The notes under the pieces are model-generated. The model was not told where the DNA came from, did no database searches, and saw nothing but the letters and a program-made list of their open reading frames with translations. Below, one piece after another: positions 43,230 to 52,512 of a DNA stretch of 64,000 nucleotides. Source of the DNA: Clostridiales bacterium Firm_08 (lineage in GTDB: Bacteria > Bacillota > Clostridia > Oscillospirales > QAKW01). How positions within the stretch are numbered: the first letter of the stretch is position 1; the number at the start of each line of letters is the position of its first letter. The translations under genes and the position numbers were made by a program. The DNA lies in the NCBI GenBank assembly GCA_001604045.1, contig LVAN01000003.1:63765-127764 (forward strand), given 5' to 3'.

Positions 43230-44606
43230 TCAAAAGACCACCGTAAAGACCGCGCCGCCCTCCGGCGCGTTTTCCGCGCGAATGGTCCAGCCGCAGGCGT
43301 CCGCCGCCGTAGCGGCGATGGCAAGTCCCAGACCGAAATGTCCGTTTTTACCTTTATAGCCCCGTTTGAACAGGTGGGGCATATCCTCTTTGGCGATGCC
43401 GACGCCGTCGTCCTTCACTGTCAGCGTGAGCTTGCCGTCACCCGTTAGGGTGACCCGCGCTTCGCTTTTCGCATGACGCACGGCATTGCCTAACAGGTTG
43501 TTGAGAATGTGGGACAACATCCGCTCGTCCCCCCGCGCCGTCAGCGTTTCGTCCGGAGCGTCAAAGACAAGGCGAACGCCTTTTTCGGCCGCTACGCCGC
43601 TGACCCGCCGGATCGCACTTTTCACCGCTTCGGTGATAAGGACGGGACCACTTTCGATCTGCCTGTCCCCGCGGTCGATGCGGGAGAGGGTGAGCAGTTC
43701 GTCCACCAGCTCGGACATCCGCCGGCTTTCCGTCAGGATGATTTGCGCCGCGCCGCGCGGGTCGGGCAGAACGCCCTCCTCAATACCCTGCGCGTAGCCG
43801 CCGATGGACATTAAAGGTGTGCGAAGTTCATGGGATATATTTTGAAAATAGAGCGTTTTCGCTTCCTCCGACCGCGCAAGAGCGGTGGACATATCATTGA
43901 TGGAGCGCCGCAGTGTTTCCATTTCCTTGATGGAAAACTTTTTTTCCACCGTTTCCAAACGGCCGGCAGCGACGCTTTCCGCCGTTCGACAAAGCCGGGA
44001 GAGGGGCTTGGTCAGCCCGCGGGCGATCAGCAGGGAGGCGATCAGCCACAAAAGGATCAGCGCGGCGAGCAACAGCCACACGATCCGCACCGCGTCCTCC
44101 ACCCACGCGCCGATATCCGAGACGGGACAATAGACTACGATATATTGAAGGCGAGGCGATGTCTGTGACGTTATTGAGATGGATAAAAGAAACTTATCCC
44201 CTTCCGCTTCGACGGTCTGTGTGCCGTTGGGCATGCTGTCGTTCAACAGCGGTGTGACGGCCTCGGTCAGTGCCGCCGCCGCGTTTTTTTCCTCTTCGGA
44301 ATAAGGGAAAACAAGTTGTTTTTCCGCCGCGTAAAGCAGCAGGCGGGCGCTACCTTTCGCCGTGCGGACAAGACTGCCGGCTTTCCGTAAAAACTCGGTG
44401 GTTTGGGTGCGGGTCGCCGCGGCTGGGCCTTCGGAAAAATATACGTCGGAAAGGGAGGCGACCTCTTGCCGCAGGACGGTGAGATCCTCTCTTGCTTCGG
44501 AGAAGGCCCTTTCCCGTGTCACGGTGCGGAACACCGGCGGGACAATCAGAGCGATCAGGGCTGAAAGCGCCAGCACCGGCAGAAAAATACGGTCAAACGT
44601 TCTCAT
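43230..44606 (-). CDS. sensor histidine kinase (HAMP-HisKA-HATPase)
   Basis: H-box ISHELRTPL, N-box LLGNAVRH, G-boxes DDGVGI and GLGLAI. Two TM segments flank an extracytoplasmic domain. Confidence 0.9.
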   Translation of the reverse strand: MRTFDRIFLPVLALSALIALIVPPVFRTVTRERAFSEAREDLTVLRQEVASLSDVYFSEGPAAATRTQTTEFLRKAGSLVRTAKGSARLLLYAAEKQLVFPYSEEEKNAAAALTEAVTPLLNDSMPNGTQTVEAEGDKFLLSISITSQTSPRLQYIVVYCPVSDIGAWVEDAVRIVWLLLAALILLWLIASLLIARGLTKPLSRLCRTAESVAAGRLETVEKKFSIKEMETLRRSINDMSTALARSEEAKTLYFQNISHELRTPLMSIGGYAQGIEEGVLPDPRGAAQIILTESRRMSELVDELLTLSRIDRGDRQIESGPVLITEAVKSAIRRVSGVAAEKGVRLVFDAPDETLTARGDERMLSHILNNLLGNAVRHAKSEARVTLTGDGKLTLTVKDDGVGIAKEDMPHLFKRGYKGKNGHFGLGLAIAATAADACGWTIRAENAPEGGAVFTVVF

Positions 44607-45300
44607 CCGGCGCCTCCTTTACAAGTTGAAATCCGTAGCCCCAGACCGTGCGGATGGCAACGTCGCTGTGACGATCCTCAAGTTTTCGCCGCAGGCGTTT
44701 GAGCAGATCGTCGGCGGCACGGGTGTCCGCCTGACGGTCGAGATGCCATAGATCTTTAAGAATCTCGTCCCGCCTGACCGCCCGGTCTCCCCGGCGGATC
44801 ATATACGCGAGAAAATCAAACTCCATCGGCGTGAGCGACAGAGGGTTTTCGCCGAGCAGCGCGGTCCGCTTATGTTCGGACAGCGTCAGCGAGCCAAAGG
44901 TGAGAGCCTCCTCCCGCATGCCGCCCCGCCGCGGCTCACTGCGTCGTAGCAGAGCTTTGACCCTCGCCACCAGTTCAAGCGGCAGGAAGGGTTTGACGAG
45001 ATAGTCGTCGCTGCCCAGTGATAGCCCCGTCACGCGGTCGTACGGATCATCTCTGGCCGAGACGATGATCATCGGTAGTCCCGGATCTCTCTGCCGGAGC
45101 AAGGAGCAGGCGGTCAGCCCGTCGGTGCCGGGCATCATAATATCTAAAATGACAAGATCCGGCGTCTCTTTCTCATAGGCGGCGATCAGGGCGTCTCCGT
45201 CCGCGAACGTGCGCACCCGATATCCCGCGTTTGATAAAAAACTTTCCATAAGATCGCGGATGTTCTTTTCATCATCCGCCAGATAGATCATTTCGGACAT
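44593..45300 (-). CDS. OmpR/PhoB-family response regulator
   Basis: Receiver domain (DLVILDIMMPGTDG) plus a winged-helix C-terminus (LT.MEFDFLAYM..VWGYG). Confidence 0.9.
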   Translation of the reverse strand: MSEMIYLADDEKNIRDLMESFLSNAGYRVRTFADGDALIAAYEKETPDLVILDIMMPGTDGLTACSLLRQRDPGLPMIIVSARDDPYDRVTGLSLGSDDYLVKPFLPLELVARVKALLRRSEPRRGGMREEALTFGSLTLSEHKRTALLGENPLSLTPMEFDFLAYMIRRGDRAVRRDEILKDLWHLDRQADTRAADDLLKRLRRKLEDRHSDVAIRTVWGYGFQLVKEAPDENV

Positions 45301-45435
45301 GTTGGATCACCTCTGTGTTCATTATAACCGCCCGCGCGGCGGTTTGTAAAGATTTGCCGCAATTTTGCCTCGTTTTTTCCATTGCTTTTCCGTGGCGCGG
45401 CGGGGTACAATGGAAGCAGAAAGGAGGGGATCCGT

Positions 45436-46653
45436 ATGAGGATGAAACGCGTTTTGGCGCTCTGCCTAAGCATACTTTTATTGTGCGATGTCCCATTTAC
45501 CGTCGGCGCGGCGGCGACATTCACGGCGGAGAGCATTACGACAGCCGATATCGCTCCCTTCCGGTTTTGGCTATACACACCTGCCGAGCCGACGGCGGGA
45601 ATGCCGCTGATCGTCTATCTGCACGGCGGCAGCGGTAAAGGAGATGATCTCACGCTTATCACGGCGGTGGACGGTTTCCCGAAATACCTGATGGACGGAA
45701 CGCTGGGCGCGTTAAACGCCTATGTTGTCATCCCGCAGCTGCCGGGTACGCTTACCGGCTGGACCAATGCCGGCGCCTCGCTGATGGCTCTTATCAATCA
45801 TATGAAAAACACCTACGGCGTCGACCCGGACAATATCTCGCTGACCGGCCACAGTATGGGCGGCACCGGCACCTGGGGCGTCGCGCTGGCGTATCCCGCG
45901 ACCTTCGCGCGGATCGCGCCGCTGTCCGGCAGCGTCAGGAACAACATTCTCAACGTCAGCAAACTGCGAAACGTCCCGGTCCGCGCTTTTGTCGGCGCGG
46001 CGGACACTATCGTCTCCCCCGATTCCTCACTCGATTTTGTCGCGGCGCTGCAGGAAGCGGGCGGGGACGCGGCGGTCACCTCTTTTCCCGGCGCGACCCA
46101 CTTTGACGTGCCGTCGCTGGTCTATCTCGACAAGGACATCGATATCGTCAACTGGCTGATCGACGCTCCGGAGGCTGATCCCCCGGCCGATCCTCCGGCG
46201 GAGGAGCAGGCGCTTTTCACCGTGTCCATCGGGGAGTTTTCCATCCGGCAGGAGGAAACGGGATACAGCGCGCTCATCCGCGCCTCTCTGACTTTGCTGG
46301 ACGACACGCCGGATATCAAGGTGATGGAATACGGCGTTTACTACGCCACCGACATCGACGTTTTGAATAGTTTTGTCGCCCTGCTGAAAAGTGGTGGAGA
46401 TACCGCCGGGATGGCGGTGGTGAAACGCTCCTACGCGACGAGCGAGACGGGGCTTAGCAAGGTGTACGGCACCTTCGCTTTCCGTTTTCACCCCATCAGG
46501 GAAAACAGAGCGCGCGCCGCGGCGCCTTACATTATCTACGAAGCGGACGGTGTTCAGGGTGTTGCCTATGGCGCCGCCGCCGCGGGCTCCACGATGCTTG
46601 GCGGTTATATTACAGGTATCGGTCCGACGCTGGAATTTGCAGACGAATTATAA
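45436..46653 (+). CDS. secreted alpha/beta-hydrolase (esterase) with uncharacterised C-terminal domain
   Basis: Signal peptide, HGGSGKG oxyanion-type motif, and nucleophile elbow GHSMGG. The C-terminal ~145 aa resemble the C-terminus of the 52513..53898 protein. Confidence 0.75.
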   Translation: MRMKRVLALCLSILLLCDVPFTVGAAATFTAESITTADIAPFRFWLYTPAEPTAGMPLIVYLHGGSGKGDDLTLITAVDGFPKYLMDGTLGALNAYVVIPQLPGTLTGWTNAGASLMALINHMKNTYGVDPDNISLTGHSMGGTGTWGVALAYPATFARIAPLSGSVRNNILNVSKLRNVPVRAFVGAADTIVSPDSSLDFVAALQEAGGDAAVTSFPGATHFDVPSLVYLDKDIDIVNWLIDAPEADPPADPPAEEQALFTVSIGEFSIRQEETGYSALIRASLTLLDDTPDIKVMEYGVYYATDIDVLNSFVALLKSGGDTAGMAVVKRSYATSETGLSKVYGTFAFRFHPIRENRARAAAPYIIYEADGVQGVAYGAAAAGSTMLGGYITGIGPTLEFADEL

Positions 46654-46696
46654 AAAAATATCCCGCGGACTTTTAAAGTCCGCGGGATATTTTTTT
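46654..46696. terminator. bidirectional rho-independent terminator
   Basis: ATATCCCGCGGACTT-ttaa-AAGTCCGCGGGATAT, flanked by an A-run and a T-run. Confidence 0.8.
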
Positions 46697-46706
46697 CGTC
46701 ATTTTT

Positions 46707-48767
46707 TTACTCGAACTTCAGCATCGGGATGAACAGACCGCCCTGAACGGTGCGAGCCTGGAAGCCGCGATGGAAGGGAACGCTGGTGTAATACCAGTCA
46801 GTAAATGGTACGCGGTCGGGCGTTTCGGCAAGGAAGCGCACCATCCGGCCGCAGATCAGATCGAAGTACTCTTTGTCGTCGGTCAGCACCGTACTCCACA
46901 TCTGCCAGTCGCTCTTTGAATAGTCGGCGCGGTTGTCCAGCGGCAGACCGAAGGCGTGTACCATTTTTTTGTAATAGGCGATCTCCTTTTCCGCCGCGGC
47001 GGCGGGAAAGAGGTCAAGTCCGAACAACCTGTCCCATACAAGATTGTACTTGACGCTCCAGGTGCCCGGCTGATCGAACGCGAGACGGTAGTGATCGCCG
47101 TCGTCCGCCGCTTTCAGCCAGCGCGCGGTGAATTCCTCCGCCTTGGCGCGGTAGGCGCCGCCGTCCTTACCGACGCGATCGCACATTTTGGCAAACGCTC
47201 CAAGCCCCATGATGGCTTTTATAGACAGGTTGCAGTTGTGGGCGAGGTGCCCCGCGAAGTCGTCGGTGCAGAGCTGATTTTCGGGATCGAACCCGGAACC
47301 GATCAGATAGTCCGCCCACTGTTTGAGCAGATCGAAATGATCGAGGAAATAAGTATCGTCTTTTTCAGCGTGGCACAGCGCGGCGACGCACAGGATCATA
47401 TTGCCGCATTCCTCTACCGGCATTTGTTTGGTGAGAGGATCGGGCTTGTTCATCCCGTACACCTGCCCGTTGACCAGCGGGTAGCGGCCGGCGTCGTGCG
47501 GCGCGAAATCATAATGCCACAGCCCTTTTTCAATGAGCTTGAAAATGGGATTGAGCATCCCCTCCACCAGTTTCGGATTGTAGATCAGGAACATCGGGAT
47601 AGAGGGATAGGTGACGTCCACCGTCGCTGCGCAGCCGTTGGAGTAGTTTTCTTTGGAAACGAACTGGATCTCGCCGTCGTGGAAAGTCAGTTTATGACCG
47701 GCGACGGTCTGACGGTAGGCAAGGCAGACGATGTTTTTGTAGTCCTCGCCGAGCGCCCCGGCGCGTTCGCAGAGATCCCTGTCAAAGGCGTCGGCGCGGG
47801 CGACGATGCTGTCATAGTCTTTGATCGCGGCGGCGGCGACTTCCGAGAAGGAGGCGCCGTCTTTTTTCCAGTAGGCTTCGATGTTTTCCCCGAAATACTG
47901 CAGGGACTTCTCATCGTCATAACCGACGCACCAGAACCCCTCGGCGCTGCCGTCCAGCTCGATCGTCTTGTCGGCGCAAAGCAGCGGCATGACCGGCTCG
48001 ACGGGGATCTCGTCTCCCTCGTAGTCGGGCAGCGTTTCGCCGATCACTTCCAGCACTTTATTAAATCTGCCTACCCGTTTGCGGCGGTTGGGCGTGGTGT
48101 AGTTGACGGGGTTGAGGGGACCCTCCTCGTCTCCCTTGCCGATATCGTGCATCTGATCGTTGCGCACGATGGCGGCGAGATGCTTTGTCTCGCATCCCGG
48201 GGCGATGAGGTGCAGGGTGCCCCATTCGATGCGGTGATCGTCACCGTCACGGATGAGCATTTTGTCAAAGCCCGCCGAGGCGGTGATGGAATAATCCGTC
48301 CTGCCGAGCGTGACCGACTGCGTCGTATCGTTGACCGCCAGCTCCGCCGCCACGTCGAGATACAGCGTGACAGCGTGTTTTTTCCCGTCTTTGGCTTCCA
48401 GCCGGTAGGAAAGATAAGAGACCGGACGGCTGAAAAGCATCAGATCATCCGGAAGGAGCGGCGTCATAAAGGAAAGCGTCAGACGGATCTTACTGTTTTC
48501 AAACGTATAGCGCGTTGTCAGCGGCAGGATTTCCAGCCTGCTTTGCGGCAACGGCTCGAACTCCGTGATATAACGGTCGTTTTTCGGATAGAGATGCCCC
48601 ATCACGCGATAGAACTTTTCGTCGACCGACAAAGTCAGCGACAGGTGATGGCGCTGGTTGGTCCAGTGGCGGGTCACCTCATCGTACAGTTCGTCCGCAC
48701 CGGACCAAACGCTGAAAAACGGATCCACGGTCATCAGCGGGACCGCGGGAGCTCTGAATTTTTCCAT
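46707..48767 (-). CDS. glutaminase-A-like protein (DUF4964/DUF5127/DUF4965/DUF1793 architecture)
   Basis: 686 aa. The N-terminus FRAPAVPLMTVDPFFSVWS and overall length recall this family. Assignment is from memory of the family pattern only. Confidence 0.65.
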   Translation of the reverse strand: MEKFRAPAVPLMTVDPFFSVWSGADELYDEVTRHWTNQRHHLSLTLSVDEKFYRVMGHLYPKNDRYITEFEPLPQSRLEILPLTTRYTFENSKIRLTLSFMTPLLPDDLMLFSRPVSYLSYRLEAKDGKKHAVTLYLDVAAELAVNDTTQSVTLGRTDYSITASAGFDKMLIRDGDDHRIEWGTLHLIAPGCETKHLAAIVRNDQMHDIGKGDEEGPLNPVNYTTPNRRKRVGRFNKVLEVIGETLPDYEGDEIPVEPVMPLLCADKTIELDGSAEGFWCVGYDDEKSLQYFGENIEAYWKKDGASFSEVAAAAIKDYDSIVARADAFDRDLCERAGALGEDYKNIVCLAYRQTVAGHKLTFHDGEIQFVSKENYSNGCAATVDVTYPSIPMFLIYNPKLVEGMLNPIFKLIEKGLWHYDFAPHDAGRYPLVNGQVYGMNKPDPLTKQMPVEECGNMILCVAALCHAEKDDTYFLDHFDLLKQWADYLIGSGFDPENQLCTDDFAGHLAHNCNLSIKAIMGLGAFAKMCDRVGKDGGAYRAKAEEFTARWLKAADDGDHYRLAFDQPGTWSVKYNLVWDRLFGLDLFPAAAAEKEIAYYKKMVHAFGLPLDNRADYSKSDWQMWSTVLTDDKEYFDLICGRMVRFLAETPDRVPFTDWYYTSVPFHRGFQARTVQGGLFIPMLKFE

Positions 48768-48870
48768 AAAGTTTTTTCCTTTCCTTATTTATAGAGTAAT
48801 TGTAACATAGAAAAAAACGGTTTTCAAGACTTTGCTTGTCTTTTTGAAAACAACGTGGTACAATCGGGGT

Positions 48871-49596
48871 ATGAAACATTTTGAGATCCGACAATTCGAA
48901 AGTTTGCCCTCCACCAACGAGACGCTCAAAACGCTGGCGGCGCAGGGAGCGGCGGACGGCACCGTCGTTACCGCCCTGCGGCAGACGGCAGGCAAAGGCA
49001 CCCGGGGACGTTCCTTTTTTTCCCCGGCGGGAGGATTGTATTTTTCCGTACTGCTGCGCCGTCCGGCGCGGGAGGATCTGCTGCTTCTGACGCCGCTCGC
49101 CGCCGTCGCGGCGGCGCGGGCGTGCGAGGATATCTGCGGCGTGCCGGTCGGCATCAAATGGGTCAACGACCTGTATCTGGACGGAAAAAAGATCAGCGGG
49201 ACGCTGACGGAAACGACGTTCGGCGCCGACGGCGCGCCGGCGTTCACGGTCATCGGGACCGGTATCAACCTCGCGCCGCCTGAGGGCGGCTTCCCGGATG
49301 AGCTGCGGGATAGAGCGGGCACGCTGCCCGGCGCGCCGGACAGGGGAAAACTGCTGGAGCGTTGTCTTTTCTATCTTGAAAAATATCTTTCGGAACTGTC
49401 CGATCGGACGTTTCTGCCGGAATACCGTCAGCGGATGATCCTGACCGGAAAAACGGTGACCGCGACGGTCGCCGGAAAACAGATGACCGGGATCGCGGAA
49501 GGCGTCGGCGACGACTGTTCGCTGATCCTGCGGCTTTCCGACGGATCGGTCTGTCCTCTGCGGGATATTGACATCTTGATAAATGATATGATATGA
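48871..49596 (+). CDS. birA: biotin--[acetyl-CoA-carboxylase] ligase (class I, no HTH)
   Basis: The QTAGKGTRGRSFFSP motif matches the GRGRxGR.W biotin-binding loop family pattern, and KWVNDLY is present. ATG 48871. Confidence 0.85.
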   Translation: MKHFEIRQFESLPSTNETLKTLAAQGAADGTVVTALRQTAGKGTRGRSFFSPAGGLYFSVLLRRPAREDLLLLTPLAAVAAARACEDICGVPVGIKWVNDLYLDGKKISGTLTETTFGADGAPAFTVIGTGINLAPPEGGFPDELRDRAGTLPGAPDRGKLLERCLFYLEKYLSELSDRTFLPEYRQRMILTGKTVTATVAGKQMTGIAEGVGDDCSLILRLSDGSVCPLRDIDILINDMI

Positions 49597-49630
49597 TAAC
49601 AAAAGATTTCTTATCTATAAGGAGAAAAGT

Positions 49631-50989
49631 ATGAAGATCATTATCGTCGGCTGCGGCAAGACGGGCAAGGCCGTTCTTTCCAGCATGGCGCAGGAAGGGC
49701 ACGATATCGTCGCCGTCGATCCCTCGCCGGAGGTGATCGACGAGGTCACCAACAGGTGGGACGTGATGGGCGTTTGCGGCAGCGGCGCGGACTGCGATGT
49801 GCTGACCGAGGCGCAGGCGGGAGAGGCGGATATGATCGTCTGCGCGACCCGCTCGGACGAGGTCAATATGCTTGCCTGCTTTTTCGCCGGCCGGATGGGG
49901 ACGAAGCATACTGTCTGCCGTGTGAGGGATCTTGAATATACAGAACACAGCCTCGGTTTTCTCAAACGGGAGCTTGGCCTGAGTATGACCATCAATCCCG
50001 AGCGGATGGCGGCGCAGGAACTTTTCAATATCCTCAAAACGCCGTCCGCCGCCAAGATCGAGACTTTCGCACGGGACAATCTGGAACTTGTGGAGATCCC
50101 GCTGCGGGAGGGAAGCGAACTTGCCGGGCGGAAGCTCAGCGAGCTGACCGCGATCTATAAGACAAAAGTACTGGTCTGCGCGGTGCGGCGCGGGCAGGAG
50201 GTCGTCATCCCCGACGGCTCCTTTGTTCTGCAAAGCGGCGACCGTATCGCCATCACCGCGGTTCCCGCGGAGATCGGGCGGTTTTTGCGCAAGGTCGGCG
50301 TGGTGCAGAAGCGCGCTCACGACGTGATGATCGTTGGGGGCGGTCAGATGGCGTATTATCTCGCTAAACGGCTGCTCGCCAGCGGTTCTTCCGTCAAGAT
50401 CATCGAAAAAAATGAGAACGGCGCGAAAGATCTCTGCGACGCGCTGCCCGCCGCCGTCGTCATCCACGGTGACGGCGCGAGACGGGAAACGCTGATGGAA
50501 GAGGGCCTTGAAAAACAGGACGCGCTCGTCGCGATGGGCGGCATCGATGAGGAAAATATCCTTGTCAGCATCCTCGCGGCGGGACTCGGCGTGCCCAAAG
50601 TCATCACCAAGATCAACCGTTCCTATATGGCGGACGTCGCGGACCGGCTGGGGCTGGAAAGCGTCGTGACGCCGCAGAATATCGTTTCCGACGCCCTGGT
50701 GCAGTACGCCAGAGCCCTGCAGAACTCGATGGGCAGCAACGTTGAGACGCTCTATAAGGTGATGGACGGCAAGGCGGAGGCGCTGGAATTCAACGTGCGG
50801 GAAAACCCGCGCGTCACCGGCGTGCCGCTCAAGGAAATGAAACTGAAAAGCAATATCCTGCTGGCGGCGATCATCAGAGACCGCAGGACCATCATCCCCG
50901 GCGGAGACGACGTCATCCTGCCGGGCGATAAGGTCGTCGTCATCAGCGCGGGCAACCGGCTGCAGGATCTCGCGGATATCGTAGGGTGA
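49631..50989 (+). CDS. trkA: Trk system potassium uptake protein TrkA (two RCK/NAD-binding units)
   Basis: MKIIIVGCGKTG and MIVGGGQMAY Rossmann motifs in tandem. Confidence 0.9.
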   Translation: MKIIIVGCGKTGKAVLSSMAQEGHDIVAVDPSPEVIDEVTNRWDVMGVCGSGADCDVLTEAQAGEADMIVCATRSDEVNMLACFFAGRMGTKHTVCRVRDLEYTEHSLGFLKRELGLSMTINPERMAAQELFNILKTPSAAKIETFARDNLELVEIPLREGSELAGRKLSELTAIYKTKVLVCAVRRGQEVVIPDGSFVLQSGDRIAITAVPAEIGRFLRKVGVVQKRAHDVMIVGGGQMAYYLAKRLLASGSSVKIIEKNENGAKDLCDALPAAVVIHGDGARRETLMEEGLEKQDALVAMGGIDEENILVSILAAGLGVPKVITKINRSYMADVADRLGLESVVTPQNIVSDALVQYARALQNSMGSNVETLYKVMDGKAEALEFNVRENPRVTGVPLKEMKLKSNILLAAIIRDRRTIIPGGDDVILPGDKVVVISAGNRLQDLADIVG

Positions 50990-50993
50990 GCCG

Positions 50994-52436
50994 ATGAATA
51001 AACGAATGGTACTGCATATCATCGGGCAGATCGTAGCGCTGGAGGCGGCGCTTTTGGCACTGCCGCTGATCATCAGCCTGATCTACGGAGACGGAGACGC
51101 GGTCTGTTTTCTGGTCACCGTCGCCGTCGCGCTGGCGGCGGGGGGCGCGCTGATCTTTTTCTCCCGTCCGAAAAGCCGCCGCATTTACGCCAGAGAAGGG
51201 TTCGTCACTGTCGCGGGCGCGTGGATCCTTTTGTCCGCCATCGGGGCGCTTCCTTTTGTCATCAGCGGGCAGATCCCGTCCTATATCGACGCTTTTTTCG
51301 AGACGGTCAGCGGCTTTACGACGACCGGCGCCTCTATCCTGCGTGACGTTGGCGCGCTGACCCACGGCATCGCCTTTTGGCGCAGTTTCACGCACTGGAG
51401 CGGCGGTATGGGCGTGCTGGTGCTGGTAATGGCGATAGCGCCGGGCGCGGACGGCAATTTCATCCACGTGATGCGTGCCGAGGTGCCGGGACCCAGCGTC
51501 GGCAAACTCGTGCCCCGGGTGCGGGAGACAGCCAAGATCCTCTATCTTATTTATATCGCGATGACCGCGCTGGAGATCCTCCTGCTGCTCGCGGGCGGCA
51601 TGCCGCTGTTTGACAGCGTCGTGCACGCCTTCGGTACGGCGGGCACCGGCGGATTTGGCATCCGGCCGGACAGTATCGCCGGCTACAACGCATATCTGCA
51701 GTGGGTCATCACGGCGTTTATGATGTTGTTCGGCGTCAATTTCAATCTCTACTATTTCCTTTTGACCAAACGCGCCGGCACGGCGCTGAAAAGCCGGGAA
51801 CTCTGGGTATATTTCGGCATCTTTTTTGTCTCCGCGGGCGTGATCACCGCAAGTATTTTCCCGACTTACGGCTCGCTCGGCGAGGCGGCGCGCGCCGCTT
51901 CCTTCCAGACGGCGAGCATTATGTCCACCACCGGATTTACGACAGCGGATTATTCCCTGTGGTCGGGAACGGCGAAGTCTATTTTACTGCTTTTGATGTT
52001 CATCGGCGCGTGCGCCGGTTCGACGGCGGGCGGCATCAAGGTCTCCCGCGTCATTCTGCTTTTCAAAAATATACGCGCGGAACTTCGTAAAATGCTCCAC
52101 CCCCGCTCGGTCACGACGGTGCGCTTCGAGGGCAAGAGCGTTTCAGAGAGGATGCTGGACGGCGTTAAGGTGTACCTTGCTGTTTATATTCTGATCTTTT
52201 TGATCGGATTTTTTATCCTGTCGCTGGATCGCTTTGATTTTGAAACGAACTTTTCCGCCGTCGCGAGTTGTTTCAACAACATCGGACCGGCGTTCGGCGC
52301 GGCGGGTCCCGCGCACAATTACGCGGACTTTTCCGTCCTGTCCAAGCTGACGCTCAGCGCCTGTATGCTGCTGGGAAGGCTGGAGATCTATCCCCTCCTC
52401 CTCGCCCTCACTCCCGCGACGTGGACGCGGAAATAA
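50994..52436 (+). CDS. trkH: TrkH-family potassium transporter
   Basis: 480 aa, polytopic, with repeated TTTG/STTG selectivity-filter-like motifs (SGFTTTGAS, MSTTGFT). Confidence 0.9.
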   Translation: MNKRMVLHIIGQIVALEAALLALPLIISLIYGDGDAVCFLVTVAVALAAGGALIFFSRPKSRRIYAREGFVTVAGAWILLSAIGALPFVISGQIPSYIDAFFETVSGFTTTGASILRDVGALTHGIAFWRSFTHWSGGMGVLVLVMAIAPGADGNFIHVMRAEVPGPSVGKLVPRVRETAKILYLIYIAMTALEILLLLAGGMPLFDSVVHAFGTAGTGGFGIRPDSIAGYNAYLQWVITAFMMLFGVNFNLYYFLLTKRAGTALKSRELWVYFGIFFVSAGVITASIFPTYGSLGEAARAASFQTASIMSTTGFTTADYSLWSGTAKSILLLLMFIGACAGSTAGGIKVSRVILLFKNIRAELRKMLHPRSVTTVRFEGKSVSERMLDGVKVYLAVYILIFLIGFFILSLDRFDFETNFSAVASCFNNIGPAFGAAGPAHNYADFSVLSKLTLSACMLLGRLEIYPLLLALTPATWTRK

Positions 52437-52457
52437 GCGGATCTCGAAACTAAAGAC

Positions 52458-52491
52458 AAACCTGCGGGCGCTTTCGGCGCCCGCAGGTTTT
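52458..52491. terminator. bidirectional rho-independent terminator
   Basis: AAACCTGCGGGCGC-tttc-GGCGCCCGCAGGTTT followed by T. Confidence 0.8.
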
Positions 52492-52512
52492 AACTATTCA
52501 CTTTTCTTTGTC

